This document shows positions 1 to 9,800 of a DNA stretch of 61,539 bases, one piece after another. The stretch comes from Candidatus Limnocylindria bacterium. GTDB lineage: Bacteria > Chloroflexota > Limnocylindria > Limnocylindrales > CSP1-4. A model generated the notes under the pieces. It was not told the DNA's origin and did not search any database. It saw nothing but the letters and a program-made list of their open reading frames with translations. Made by a program: the position numbers and the translations under genes. The stretch covers positions 1-61,539 of the forward strand of contig DATKBR010000007.1 in the NCBI GenBank assembly GCA_035513775.1, read 5' to 3'. How positions within the stretch are numbered: position 1 is the first letter of the stretch; every line of letters starts with the position of its first letter.

Positions 1-4
1 ACCC

Positions 5-472
5 ATGTCCAAGATTGAAGCCTCGATCGACGTCAACGTGCCCGTCCGCGTCGCCTACAACCAATGGACCCAGTTCGAGGAGTTTCCGCGGTTCATGGAC
101 GGCGTCGAATCCGTCCAGCACACCGACGACACGCACCTGCACTGGGTCGCGACGATCGCCGGCGTCCGCAAGGAATGGGATGCCGAGATCACGCAGCAGG
201 AGCCGGACCAGCGCATCGCCTGGAACTCGACCAGCGGGGCCGACAACGCGGGGGCCGTGGACTTCCACCGCCTCGACGACCACAAGACCCGGATCACGCT
301 GACCATGGACGTCGATCCCGAGGGCATCGTCGAGAACGTCGGCAACGCCATCGGCGTCCCCGGGCGCCAGGTCGAGGGCGACCTCGAGCGGTTCAAGGAG
401 TTCATCGAGAAGAGCGCCGTTCCGACCGGTGCGTGGCGCGGCACGGTCGAGCAGGACGACGTCTCGGGCTGA
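5..472 (+). CDS. SRPBCC/START-fold protein (polyketide cyclase/dehydrase family)
   Basis: IEASIDVNVPVRVAYNQWTQFEEFPRFM...HLHWVATIAG...EWDAEITQQEPDQRIAW pattern typical of SRPBCC proteins. Confidence 0.9.
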   Translation: MSKIEASIDVNVPVRVAYNQWTQFEEFPRFMDGVESVQHTDDTHLHWVATIAGVRKEWDAEITQQEPDQRIAWNSTSGADNAGAVDFHRLDDHKTRITLTMDVDPEGIVENVGNAIGVPGRQVEGDLERFKEFIEKSAVPTGAWRGTVEQDDVSG

Positions 473-566
473 CGCCGGGGGCTTCGGCCGCAGCTCCTGG
501 GGGTCGCGGCGGCGGCAGGTACCGGCTGCGCGCAGCCTGGACGACCGTCCCGCAGGCCCTGCCCTC

Positions 567-2318
567 CTATCGCGCCAGGTCGGATAGCGTCGTCAGCGCG
601 AATCCGCGGCTGCGGAGGCCGTCGATCATGCCCTGGAGCGCCATCGGGGTCTCGTAGCCGCCGAGGTGCATGAGGACGACCGAGCCGGACTTCGCACCGT
701 TGACGACCTTGAGGATCATCGACCGAGCGGTGGGGCCGCCATCGCTGATCGGCCGCCAGTCGATCGTGTCGACGTCCCACTTCCAGTGCTTGGTGTAGCC
801 GAGCTCCGCAGCCCAGGTGCGCACGGCGAGATTGGAGACCCCGTACGGCGCGCGCCAGAATGGCCGCGCGTTCATGCCCGTGTATTCCTGGATCCACTGC
901 TCACCGTCGATGAGCTCCTGCTTGACCTGGGCCTCGGTCGGCGGTGAAGCCAGCGCGGCACAGATCGCCGCATCCGCGGCCCCGGGCGCACCGCCGCCGC
1001 CGCGGACGAGATCGCAGTGGTGCATCGTGTGGTTGCCCACCTCGAACAGCTCCGGGTGGGCCTTGACGATCGCGAGCGCGGCCTGGCCCTCGGCCGTCCG
1101 GCTGATGGCGCCGGTTGGAAAGAGCGTGGCGCAGACCCGGTTCTCGACGAGGATGTTGAGGATGCGGACCGCGGGCGTCATCCGGCCGCCCATGTCGAAG
1201 GTGAGCGCGACGCGGCCCGAGGCGGTGCCGCGCGTGAGCGGCGCGACGAGGTTCTCCTGGCCGCCGGTGTAGCGCGGGCCGCTCGAACAGCCGGTTGCGG
1301 TCCCGGTTGTCGTCGTCACGTACCGGTTCGGTGCCGCGAGCCCGCGGCCCACGATCTCGTACGTGCCCTTCGCGCCCGCGGTGACCTTGCCCGGCCGCGT
1401 CCCGCCCGCGGCGATGCCCTTCATGTTGCCGTACGCGTTGTAGACGGTCACGACGGCCGTCGTGAGGAACGAGGTTGAGGATCCGCCGTTCAGGACGGAA
1501 CCGACGTAGTGCCGCCGGCCCGCGGTATCGGTGAAGCTCGGGGACTGGGCAACCGAGAGCCCGGCAAGTGGTGTGCCCGCGACCTGGCCCGGCAGGCACC
1601 CGCCGGTGGTCGACGGCGTGCACACGCGCACCTTGGCTTTCGCGAAGCCGGCTGGCTTGCGAGTGACGATCTCGAACGGGCTCCGAGTCCACGGCGCGAG
1701 GGTCGTGACCCGCGGGTAGCCGACCGCGCTCCCGATGCTGGCACCACTGCCGTTCAGCAGGGACGCGTCGAGCTGCAGCCACCGGCGCGGTTCGGCGGTG
1801 TTGTTGAGCACCTCGCCCGCAATGTGGAGATACCCGGAGCTATCGGTCCAGGTGGTCGAGGACAGGACCGGCGTGCCCCACGCCAGGGTTCGGAATCGAA
1901 GCGCGTATCGGCTCACGGAGCGTGCTCCGTCGAAGCCGCGCACCCGAACGTAGTACGTCCCCGCGCGGAAGTACGCGTAGACCTCGTCGAACTGGCGGCC
2001 GGAGCGGTTCGACGACCCGACCAGGGTGGTGCAGCCGCGGTACACGCGGAGGTCGTAGTCGGCCGGCAGGTTCCCCAGCGTCACCTGGGCGCGGGATCCC
2101 GAGGTGACGGAGAACTCGTACCAGTCGACGTCCGTCGACGTCCCGATCGTCCCCGTCAGCCAGGTGTTGCGCGCGCTGGTGGGGAGGCCGCTGGAGCAGG
2201 AGCCGGGGGCGTCCGCCGCCGCGACCGAGGCGGGGACGCCGGCCGATGACATCGCGAGGACGGCAACGGCGACGGCCAGGGTTCCGAGCTTGCCGAAGCG
2301 GCGCGGGGAGTGGCGCAT
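567..2318 (-). CDS. Secreted polysaccharide deacetylase (CE4/NodB) with N-terminal PPC-like and two FxLYD-like domains
   Basis: Signal peptide (RRFGKLGTLAVAVAVLA); DVDWYEF...DYDLRVY PPC-like segment; HIAGEVLNN and HYVGSVLNG repeats; CE4 motifs TFDM, NHTMHH, RAPYG, DTIDW, LMH. ATG 2318 has GGAG upstream, preferred to 2330. Confidence 0.85.
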   Translation of the reverse strand: MRHSPRRFGKLGTLAVAVAVLAMSSAGVPASVAAADAPGSCSSGLPTSARNTWLTGTIGTSTDVDWYEFSVTSGSRAQVTLGNLPADYDLRVYRGCTTLVGSSNRSGRQFDEVYAYFRAGTYYVRVRGFDGARSVSRYALRFRTLAWGTPVLSSTTWTDSSGYLHIAGEVLNNTAEPRRWLQLDASLLNGSGASIGSAVGYPRVTTLAPWTRSPFEIVTRKPAGFAKAKVRVCTPSTTGGCLPGQVAGTPLAGLSVAQSPSFTDTAGRRHYVGSVLNGGSSTSFLTTAVVTVYNAYGNMKGIAAGGTRPGKVTAGAKGTYEIVGRGLAAPNRYVTTTTGTATGCSSGPRYTGGQENLVAPLTRGTASGRVALTFDMGGRMTPAVRILNILVENRVCATLFPTGAISRTAEGQAALAIVKAHPELFEVGNHTMHHCDLVRGGGGAPGAADAAICAALASPPTEAQVKQELIDGEQWIQEYTGMNARPFWRAPYGVSNLAVRTWAAELGYTKHWKWDVDTIDWRPISDGGPTARSMILKVVNGAKSGSVVLMHLGGYETPMALQGMIDGLRSRGFALTTLSDLAR

Positions 2319-2509
2319 GGTGAGCTCCATTCGTGCGGTCGATCGAGCTCACCCTGATCCTCGGATGTGGCCGCGGCGGCGCCAAGCGCCAACAGTCTCG
2401 TAACGAAGCGCCGGACGTCTCGACGAACAGCTCACTGCTTCACGGGCCGCGGCGACCGCGATCCTCGATGGAGCCGCAACTCGAGCGCTCGGACGGGCGG
2501 ACAGTACGT

Positions 2510-2547
2510 CGCCGAGCCGGCGCCCCTCGCGGGCGCTCGGCTCGGCG
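2510..2547. terminator. 16-bp GC-rich hairpin 40 nt downstream of the ice-binding gene
   Basis: cgccgagccg/cggctcggcg (10 bp) plus gcgccc/gggcgc (6 bp), 5-nt loop, 1-nt bulge; no U-tract. Confidence 0.5.
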
Positions 2548-2586
2548 GTCCTGTGTGGCTTTACGCGCGGTGCAATCCGCGTCGCG

Positions 2587-3612
2587 CTACCGGCTGCGTG
2601 GCTCCGTCGCATGCCGTCGCGGAACGGCGGCGATCAGGAGGCCGATGGCCGCCAGGGTCAACAGCAGGGAGAACAGGAGAACGGCGGGCTCTGACTGGTC
2701 GGCTCCGAAGTTGCCGGTTGCCGTGATGGGTTGGGTTGGGACGACCGGGGTGGGGCCGCCTGGCGGGACCGTGACATCCGATGTCGGGCCGGCGGGAGAC
2801 GCCGTGGGCGCTTCGCTCGGTTCGACGAACTCGCAGTCCGGTCGCGTGATCGTGTCACCGATCAGCGTGACCGCTCCGGTCCGGGCGAGGAGTCGCCCAT
2901 CGACCGTGACTCCGCTTCCGAGCGAGATCGACTCCTGCGCCATGATCGTTCCCACGAAGATGGAGTTCGCGCCAAGGGTTGCCGAGCTGCCGACCTGCCA
3001 GAAGACGTTGCAGGGATCGGCCTCGTTGATCAGAAGGATGCTGCTGGCGCTCGCGGTGACCAGGGACTCGCCCATCTGGAAGATCCACACGGTGTTCGGA
3101 TCGCCCTCGGCGTCCAGCGTGAGTGCGCCGGTGATCTCGAACGTGGTGGAGGCCGAGTCGTATACGCCGCCCACCAGCTCCTCGCCGCCGAGCTCCGTGT
3201 CGATCTCGGTCGCGCCCGGGCGATTCGCGGCATCGACGTAGGCCTCGCCCAGGTCGGTCTTGGCACCCTCTGCGACACCGCCGGCGTCGGACACGAACAG
3301 GTCTCCGTCAAGGTGCGTGATCGAGTCCGCGCCATCGTCATAGCCTGTGACCGCGCTCCCCGCATGGAGGCCGATGTCACCCGTGACGGTGCTAGAACCC
3401 GTGTTCGTGATCGTCGAGCCGGCGAGGATGGCGAAGCTCTCGGCCGTGCCCAGGTCCACAGCCGCTTCCGCGGAGCGGACGACACCGGTCAGGCCGACCG
3501 TCAGCAGGACAAGGGCGGCACCGAGCGCGAGGATTCGCCGCGTCGTATGGCGACCCTTGGAGTGGATTTGTCTGCCATGCGGGACTGTTGTTCGAGAAGG
3601 GTTGAGTGACAT
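2587..3612 (-). CDS. DUF3494 ice-binding-like protein with signal peptide and C-terminal membrane anchor
   Basis: VDLGTAESFAILAGSTITNTG...GDIGL, LTLDAEGDPNTVWIFQ, NVFWQVGSSATLG, GRLLARTGAVTL are DUF3494 hallmarks; followed by Pro/Thr linker, hydrophobic helix and basic tail. Confidence 0.92.
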   Translation of the reverse strand: MSLNPSRTTVPHGRQIHSKGRHTTRRILALGAALVLLTVGLTGVVRSAEAAVDLGTAESFAILAGSTITNTGSSTVTGDIGLHAGSAVTGYDDGADSITHLDGDLFVSDAGGVAEGAKTDLGEAYVDAANRPGATEIDTELGGEELVGGVYDSASTTFEITGALTLDAEGDPNTVWIFQMGESLVTASASSILLINEADPCNVFWQVGSSATLGANSIFVGTIMAQESISLGSGVTVDGRLLARTGAVTLIGDTITRPDCEFVEPSEAPTASPAGPTSDVTVPPGGPTPVVPTQPITATGNFGADQSEPAVLLFSLLLTLAAIGLLIAAVPRRHATEPRSR

Positions 3613-3810
3613 GTCGTTCGACCCCTGTCTGCAGCGTCACGAGCCACCTCCATAAAGGGAGCAGGCCATGCCGTTCTGAAACAGTGCGGGCGTCAGCGCG
3701 CGCTGTAATTACCACATGTCATGACGGCCCCGTCACGAAGCCGCCAGGTCCCGGCGCGACCTTGCTGGTGGCGCCGCGCCGGTGACCGTGTCAACAAGGT
3801 GGAAAAATAC

Positions 3811-6800
3811 CTAGGCTGGCGCCTGTCCGAGGAGGACACGCACCCTGTGCGTCGCCCCGTCGTCGACGAGCGGGATCGGGGCTCCCGCGTCAAGCCGTTG
3901 GTCGTCGAGCCATGCGGCGCCGACGCGGCCGTTGACTCCATGGGGATTGTCCACCCTGATCTCGTAGCGACTCGAGCCGTGGCGGTAGGTGATCTCGTAG
4001 CCGGGCCATGACCGAGGGATCGATGGCTCGATCAGCAGCTGCGCCCCCCGAACCTTGAAGCCAAGGATGGACTCCAGGCCAGCGCGGTACATCCAGCCGG
4101 CGGACCCGGTGTACCAGGTCCATCCGCCACGACCGACATGCGCCGGCTCGGCGTACACGTCGGCAGCCATGACGTACGGCTCGACCTTGTACCGATGGAC
4201 CCCGGCCCGGGTTGCCATGTGATTGATCGGGTTCAGGATCGTGAAGAGCTCCGCCGCCTTGTCGCCGTCCCCGAGCTCCGCAAAGGCCATGGCCGACCAG
4301 ATCGCGCCGTGCGTGTACTGACCGCCATTCTCGCGGATCCCTGGCAGGTAGCCCTTGATGTAGCCCGGGTCGGCCTCGGACCGGTCGAATGGCGGTGTGA
4401 ACAGCAGGACCAGGCCATCGCCCCGGTGCACCAGATACTCCTCTACCGCGGCCATCGCCCGGCGGGCCCGGCCCGGGTCGCCGGCGCCCGACAGCACGCT
4501 CCACGATTGCGCGATCGAATCGATGCGGCACTCCTCGCTCGCGGCAGACCCAAGGGGAGCGCCATCATCGAAGAACCCGCGCCGGTACCAGTCCCCGTCC
4601 CAGCCGTGTCGCTCCAGCGCCTGTCGGAGCGCCTTGGCATGCGCCCGCCAGCGGGTTTCCCGTTCGACTTCACCGCGTGCCCCGGCGACGGGCAGGAATG
4701 CATCAATGACCGCATGAAGGAACCAGCCAAGCCACACGCTCTCGCCTCGCCCTTCATGGCCGACCCGGTTCATCCCATCGTTCCAGTCGCCGGAGCCAAT
4801 GAGCGGCAGACCGTGTGCCCCGGTCTCGAGGCTGATGTCAATGGCTCTGGCGCAGTGCTCGAAGAGTGACGCGCTCTCGCTCGATACCTCGGGCTGGAAA
4901 TACGCCTCTTCCTGGTCCGGTCGCAGCTGAGGCCCGTCGAGGAAGGTCACGAGCTCGTCGAGGACGGTCCCGTCGCCCGTCACCGAGAGGTACCGGCTCG
5001 CCGCGTACGGCAGCCACAGGCGATCGTCGGAGATACGCGTTCGGACCCCGCGGCCCGACGGGGGGTGCCACCAGTGCTGCACGTCGCCCGCGGTGAACTG
5101 GTGCGCCGCGGCGCGCAGAAGCTGGGCGCGCGTCAGATCCGCCCGTGCGGTTGTCAGCGCCATGACGTCCTGTAGCTGGTCGCGGAACCCGTACGCACCA
5201 CCGGCCTGGTAGAGCGCGGCCCTCGCCCACAGGCGGCACGAGACCGTCTGGTAGAGGAGCCACGAGTTCAGCAGGATGTCCATCGAGCGATCGGGCGTCC
5301 GCACCTGCACGGTCTCGGTGATGTCCAACCAGCGCCGCCTCGCTGCCGTCAGCTTCGCCCAGGGGTCCGCGGCCCGCGTGCGTCGAATCAAGTCGGCCGC
5401 GGCGCCTGCGTCGCGCGCCTCGCCCAGCAGGACGATGACCTGCGTGCGATCGCCCTCGGCAATCTCGAAGCTGGTCTGCAGCGCCGCGCACGGGTCCAGC
5501 CCGGCGCCCGCGACTCGGCCGAGGCGATGGCCACGCTCGAGCCCGGCCGGCCGATCCAGTGCCCCGTTCCGACCGATGAACTCGGTGCGGTCCGCTGTCC
5601 AGTCCGCCTGCCGTCCCCCGAGGTCGAGGAATGCGACCCTCCCCGCGAACTCGGTGTTCCAGGGGTTCCGCGCCAGCAGGGCGCCGGTAGCGGGCTCGAG
5701 CTCGGTCACGATGTGCGGCGCCGAAGTCGCACGGTCGCTCCCAAGGACCCACTCGACGAACGCCGTCACCGACAGGCGACGTGCGCGCCCGGAACGGTTC
5801 TCGATCGACAGGACGGACATCTTCACCGAGTCGTCGGGAGGCACGAACTGGACGAGCTCCAGGACGATCCCATCGCGCTCATGATCGAACCGGCTGTAGC
5901 CCATGCCGTGCCGCGTGACGTACGTCGATCCCTCAGCCCTGATCGGGAGGGCCGTCGCCGTCCACAGCTCGCCGTCGTCGTCGTCCCGGACGTAGATCGC
6001 CTCACCGACAGGGTCCGCGACGGGATCGTTCGACCACGGTGACAGCTTGTTCTCGCGGCTGTTTTCCGACCACGTGTAGCCCGAACCCGACTCGGAGACC
6101 TGGAACCCGAATGACCCGTTGGCGATGACGTTGAGCCACGGTGCCGGGGTGGCCTGGCCCGGGGCTAGCACGGTCACATACTCACGGCCGGCATCGGCGA
6201 AGCCACCGAGACCGTTGAAGAGCTCGAGCTCGGGTCGCGCCACGGCGGCCTGCGGCTCCACGTTGCGCACGTTCTCGCGCGGCGGCCGGGGGATGGTCTT
6301 GACCGGCCGTTCCAGGCGCAGGACCTGGTCGGCAAGGCTGCCCCCGCGACTGAGCACCACCGCCCGTGCCGCTGCCTGAAGCAGCCTCGTGTCCTCCGCT
6401 GCGAGGCGATCCCCGCGCAGCACGTACACCCGGCCACTGCCCTGTTGGTGCTCGCGACCGAGCGCCGATTGGCTCATCCGCACGAGCGCCTCGAGGGCGT
6501 CCTCGAGCCCCTGCGCATAGGACGCGGCGTGCTCGTTGAGGATTACGAGGTCCACGTCGAGGAGCTTCATCCGCCAGTACTCATGTGCGCGCAGGAGCTG
6601 CCGGACGATGTCGAGGTCCGCCTCCTCGTCGATTCGGACGAGCACGATCGGCAGATCGCCCGATATGCCGTGCGGCCACAGCCCAGGCGCACCGCGCTCG
6701 TTCCTGGCCAGGACGGCCGCGGCGGGCCGGAGCGTCGGGTCGGAGTACAGGATCCGGTTGGCCAGCCGCTGGAACAGGTGCGCCTCGTCGGCCTCGATGC

Positions 6801-9800
6801 CGAGGTGCCTGAGCTGCACCTGGGCCTGCGTCCAGGCCAGCGTGGCGGCGCGCTCGAACGTTGCGCCCTCGCGGTACTTGTCTGCGAGATCGAGGACGTC
6901 TTCACGAGATTCGGCGACCACGGTGGAGAAGATCACGTGCGCCGTGCCTCCCGGCGGGAGCCCCAGACGGCAGCGCAGGCTGAAGATCGGATCGAGAACC
7001 GCACCCGCGGTATTGGACAGCGGGCGGCCGTCGATGACGGACACGGGCGACCGCACCGAGCGCCCGCGGCCCAGGAACCGGGCACGATCCGTCTCGTACT
7101 GGACGTGCCCGATCGCCGAGTCCTCGACGGCCATGACGTGCGCCGCCCACACCTGCCGCTCGAAACTGGATCGTGGGCGGCGAGTCGCTACCAGCGCGCT
7201 GATGTCCGGTGCGAACTCGGTCTGGACGAAGAGGTTCTGGAACGCCGGATGCGCCACGTCGGCGGCATGGGGCGCCAGGACGATCTCGGAATATGAGGTC
7301 AGCTCGATCTCTCGCACCCGCGAGCCCAGATTCGTCAGTGACACGCGGCGAATCTCCGCATCGTGCTCAGCCGACACGACGACGGTCATGTCGGTGACGA
7401 TCGCGCCGTCCCGGCGGGAGAACTCCGCGTGCTCCTCGGAATACCGGACCTCGTACGTGTCCGCCTCGTGACCGCTGGGCTGGTGGCCAGCAGACCAGAC
7501 GGCGCCGCTCTCGGCATCGCGCACGTACAGGTAGCTGCCCCACGCATCGCTGGTCACGTCTTCACGCCAGCGGGTCACCGCGAGGTCGCCCCACCGGCTG
7601 TAGCCCGACCCCGCCGCGGTCACCATCACCGCATATCGGCCGTTAGACAACAAGTGTGTCCGCGGCGTCTGGTCGTGCGGCGAGTGGAAACGGCGCAGGA
7701 CCGGCGGCACGAGCACGCGCACCTCTGCTGCGCTCCTGACCTCGTCGGCCCGCGGCCGGGCGACGAGGACGTCGCGCGGCATCCGCTCCTGAAGCAGCAA
7801 CTCGGTCGCCTGGACAATCGGGGCGGCGTGGAAGCGCCGGATCATCGCGCCGTCATTGAGGGCGTTGTCGATGGCTGCCAAGGCCATCCCCTGGTGGTGA
7901 GACATGTAGCTCTTGACCACGGCCACCGATGCTCCCTCCGGCAGCCTCGAGGGCGTGTAGTCGAGCGCCTCGTGGAGCCCGAAACGGCCGCTCGCCCCGG
8001 CGTCGCCGAGCCGCACGAGGTTCGCGACGGCGGCATCGGGCCGCACCAGGGCGGCGAGGACCGTCGCGTACGGAGCGATGACGATGTCCTCGGCCAGTCC
8101 GCGCTTGAGCCCGAGACCGGGGATGCCGAAGCTCGAGTACTGATAGGTTTGCTCGAGATCACGCGCGTTGAACGCGGACTCGGAGATGCCCCAGGGGACG
8201 CCGCGCTCCGCGGCGTAGCTGATCTGGCGGCCCACGACCAGTGAGTACGTCTGATCGAGCAGGCTGCCGGCGGGGGCGTGCATGACCAGCGCGGGCATCA
8301 GGTATTCGAACATCGAGCCCGACCAGGAGATGAGCGCCGAACCTCGCCCGATCGGCGTCAGCGCGCGCCCCAACCGGAACCAGTGTTCCGGTGGCACGTC
8401 ACCCTTGGCAATAGCCAGGAAGCTCGCGAGTCGCGCCTCGGAGGCGAGCAGGTCGTAGTAGCTCGGATCGAGCGAGACGTCCGCCACCCGATAGCCGATC
8501 GAGAACAGCTTCCGGGTGGGGTCGAACAGGAACCGGAAATCGGTCTCCTCGAACAGCCGCTGCGCGAGGTCGGCGAGGGCCACCAGCCGGCGGGCGATCA
8601 CACTCCCGGCAGGTCCGCCATCACCGGGGACGGCGGGGGCGTCGCCTCCATCGGGCGCGACCGCGTACAGCTCGAGGTCCCGTGCGTGGCTCTCGATCGT
8701 CCGCACTGCGCTTTCGGTCCAAGCCACGAGCTCGCTCCCGATCGCGTCGCCGCGCTCGGCCGTGAACGCCGACGCGACGTCGGCAAGGGTTCGAGCATGC
8801 GTTGCGAGGGCCGTCAGCTGTGTCCCCCAGGCGCTATCCCCGGGCCATGTGCCATCGGGCTGCATCGCGTCCGACGAGCGGATGGGGTCGGCCGCCGTGG
8901 CGAACCGCTCCAAGGCCTGGGCGAGGTGGTGCCGGCCGAGCGTCTGGTTCCGGTGGCCGTCACCCGCCCCGGCTGCAGCCAGCCGGGTCAGGTCGATCAC
9001 GTCCCGGATGCCCACCAGGGCGGCCGAGCTCGGCAGCGGACGCTCCCCCATCTCGTGGCACGCGGCGGAGACGACGAGCAGCGCCGCACACAGGTTGCCG
9101 CTGTCGACGGACGATACGTACCGTGGGTCGAGCGGCTTGAGCTCCCGGGTGTCGTACCAATTGAACAAGTGACCTCGGTGGCGATCGAGGCCGGCGACTG
9201 TCGCCAGGCAGACCTCCATGCGCTCGACCGCCTCAAGCGTGCCGATCCAGCCAAGGTCGCGAGCGCTGAGGATGGACATGAGGTACATGCCGATGTTGGT
9301 CGGCGACGTTCGGTGCGCGATGACCGGCTCCGGTTCCTCTTGGTAGTTGTCCGGCGGAAGCCAGTGATCCTCGGCTCCAACGAACGCCTCGAAGAACCGC
9401 CAGGTCCGCCTGCCCAGGAGCCGGAGCTCGCGCACCTCACTTGTCGAGAGCTGGCGCCCTGCCGCTGCTGCCGGCACGACGCTGACGGCGCGGGCGATCG
9501 CCGGCGCGAGGAGCCAGAGCACGATGAATGGGAGGGCGAACGGCAGCGCCGGCGGGTTCACGGTGGCGACGAGGACGAGCGCAGCGAGCGCGATGACCAC
9601 TCCACCGGCCATGACCCGATAGAAGCCGGCAATGTCGAGCTGGAGGCTGCCTTTCGTCTGCGAGGCGGACGTCCACTCGAGCATGTTCCGGCGGGTTACG
9701 AGTAGGCGCGCCAGGGTCCGAGCGATGGCGTCCGCCATCAAGGCGGCCGCATGCGCCAGGATCGTGATATCCAGCGCGACCCGGTTCGCAGCGAGGGCGC

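Noticed and set aside
2400-2590. Possible riboswitch upstream of the deacetylase
   Set aside because: Only a strong hairpin; no recognisable aptamer consensus
3620-3810. TTGACA, GTAATTAC and TGACG-N4-CGTCA upstream of the ice-binding gene as defined operators
   Set aside because: No properly spaced -10 for the TTGACA, and the palindromes match no site I can name; too short to call
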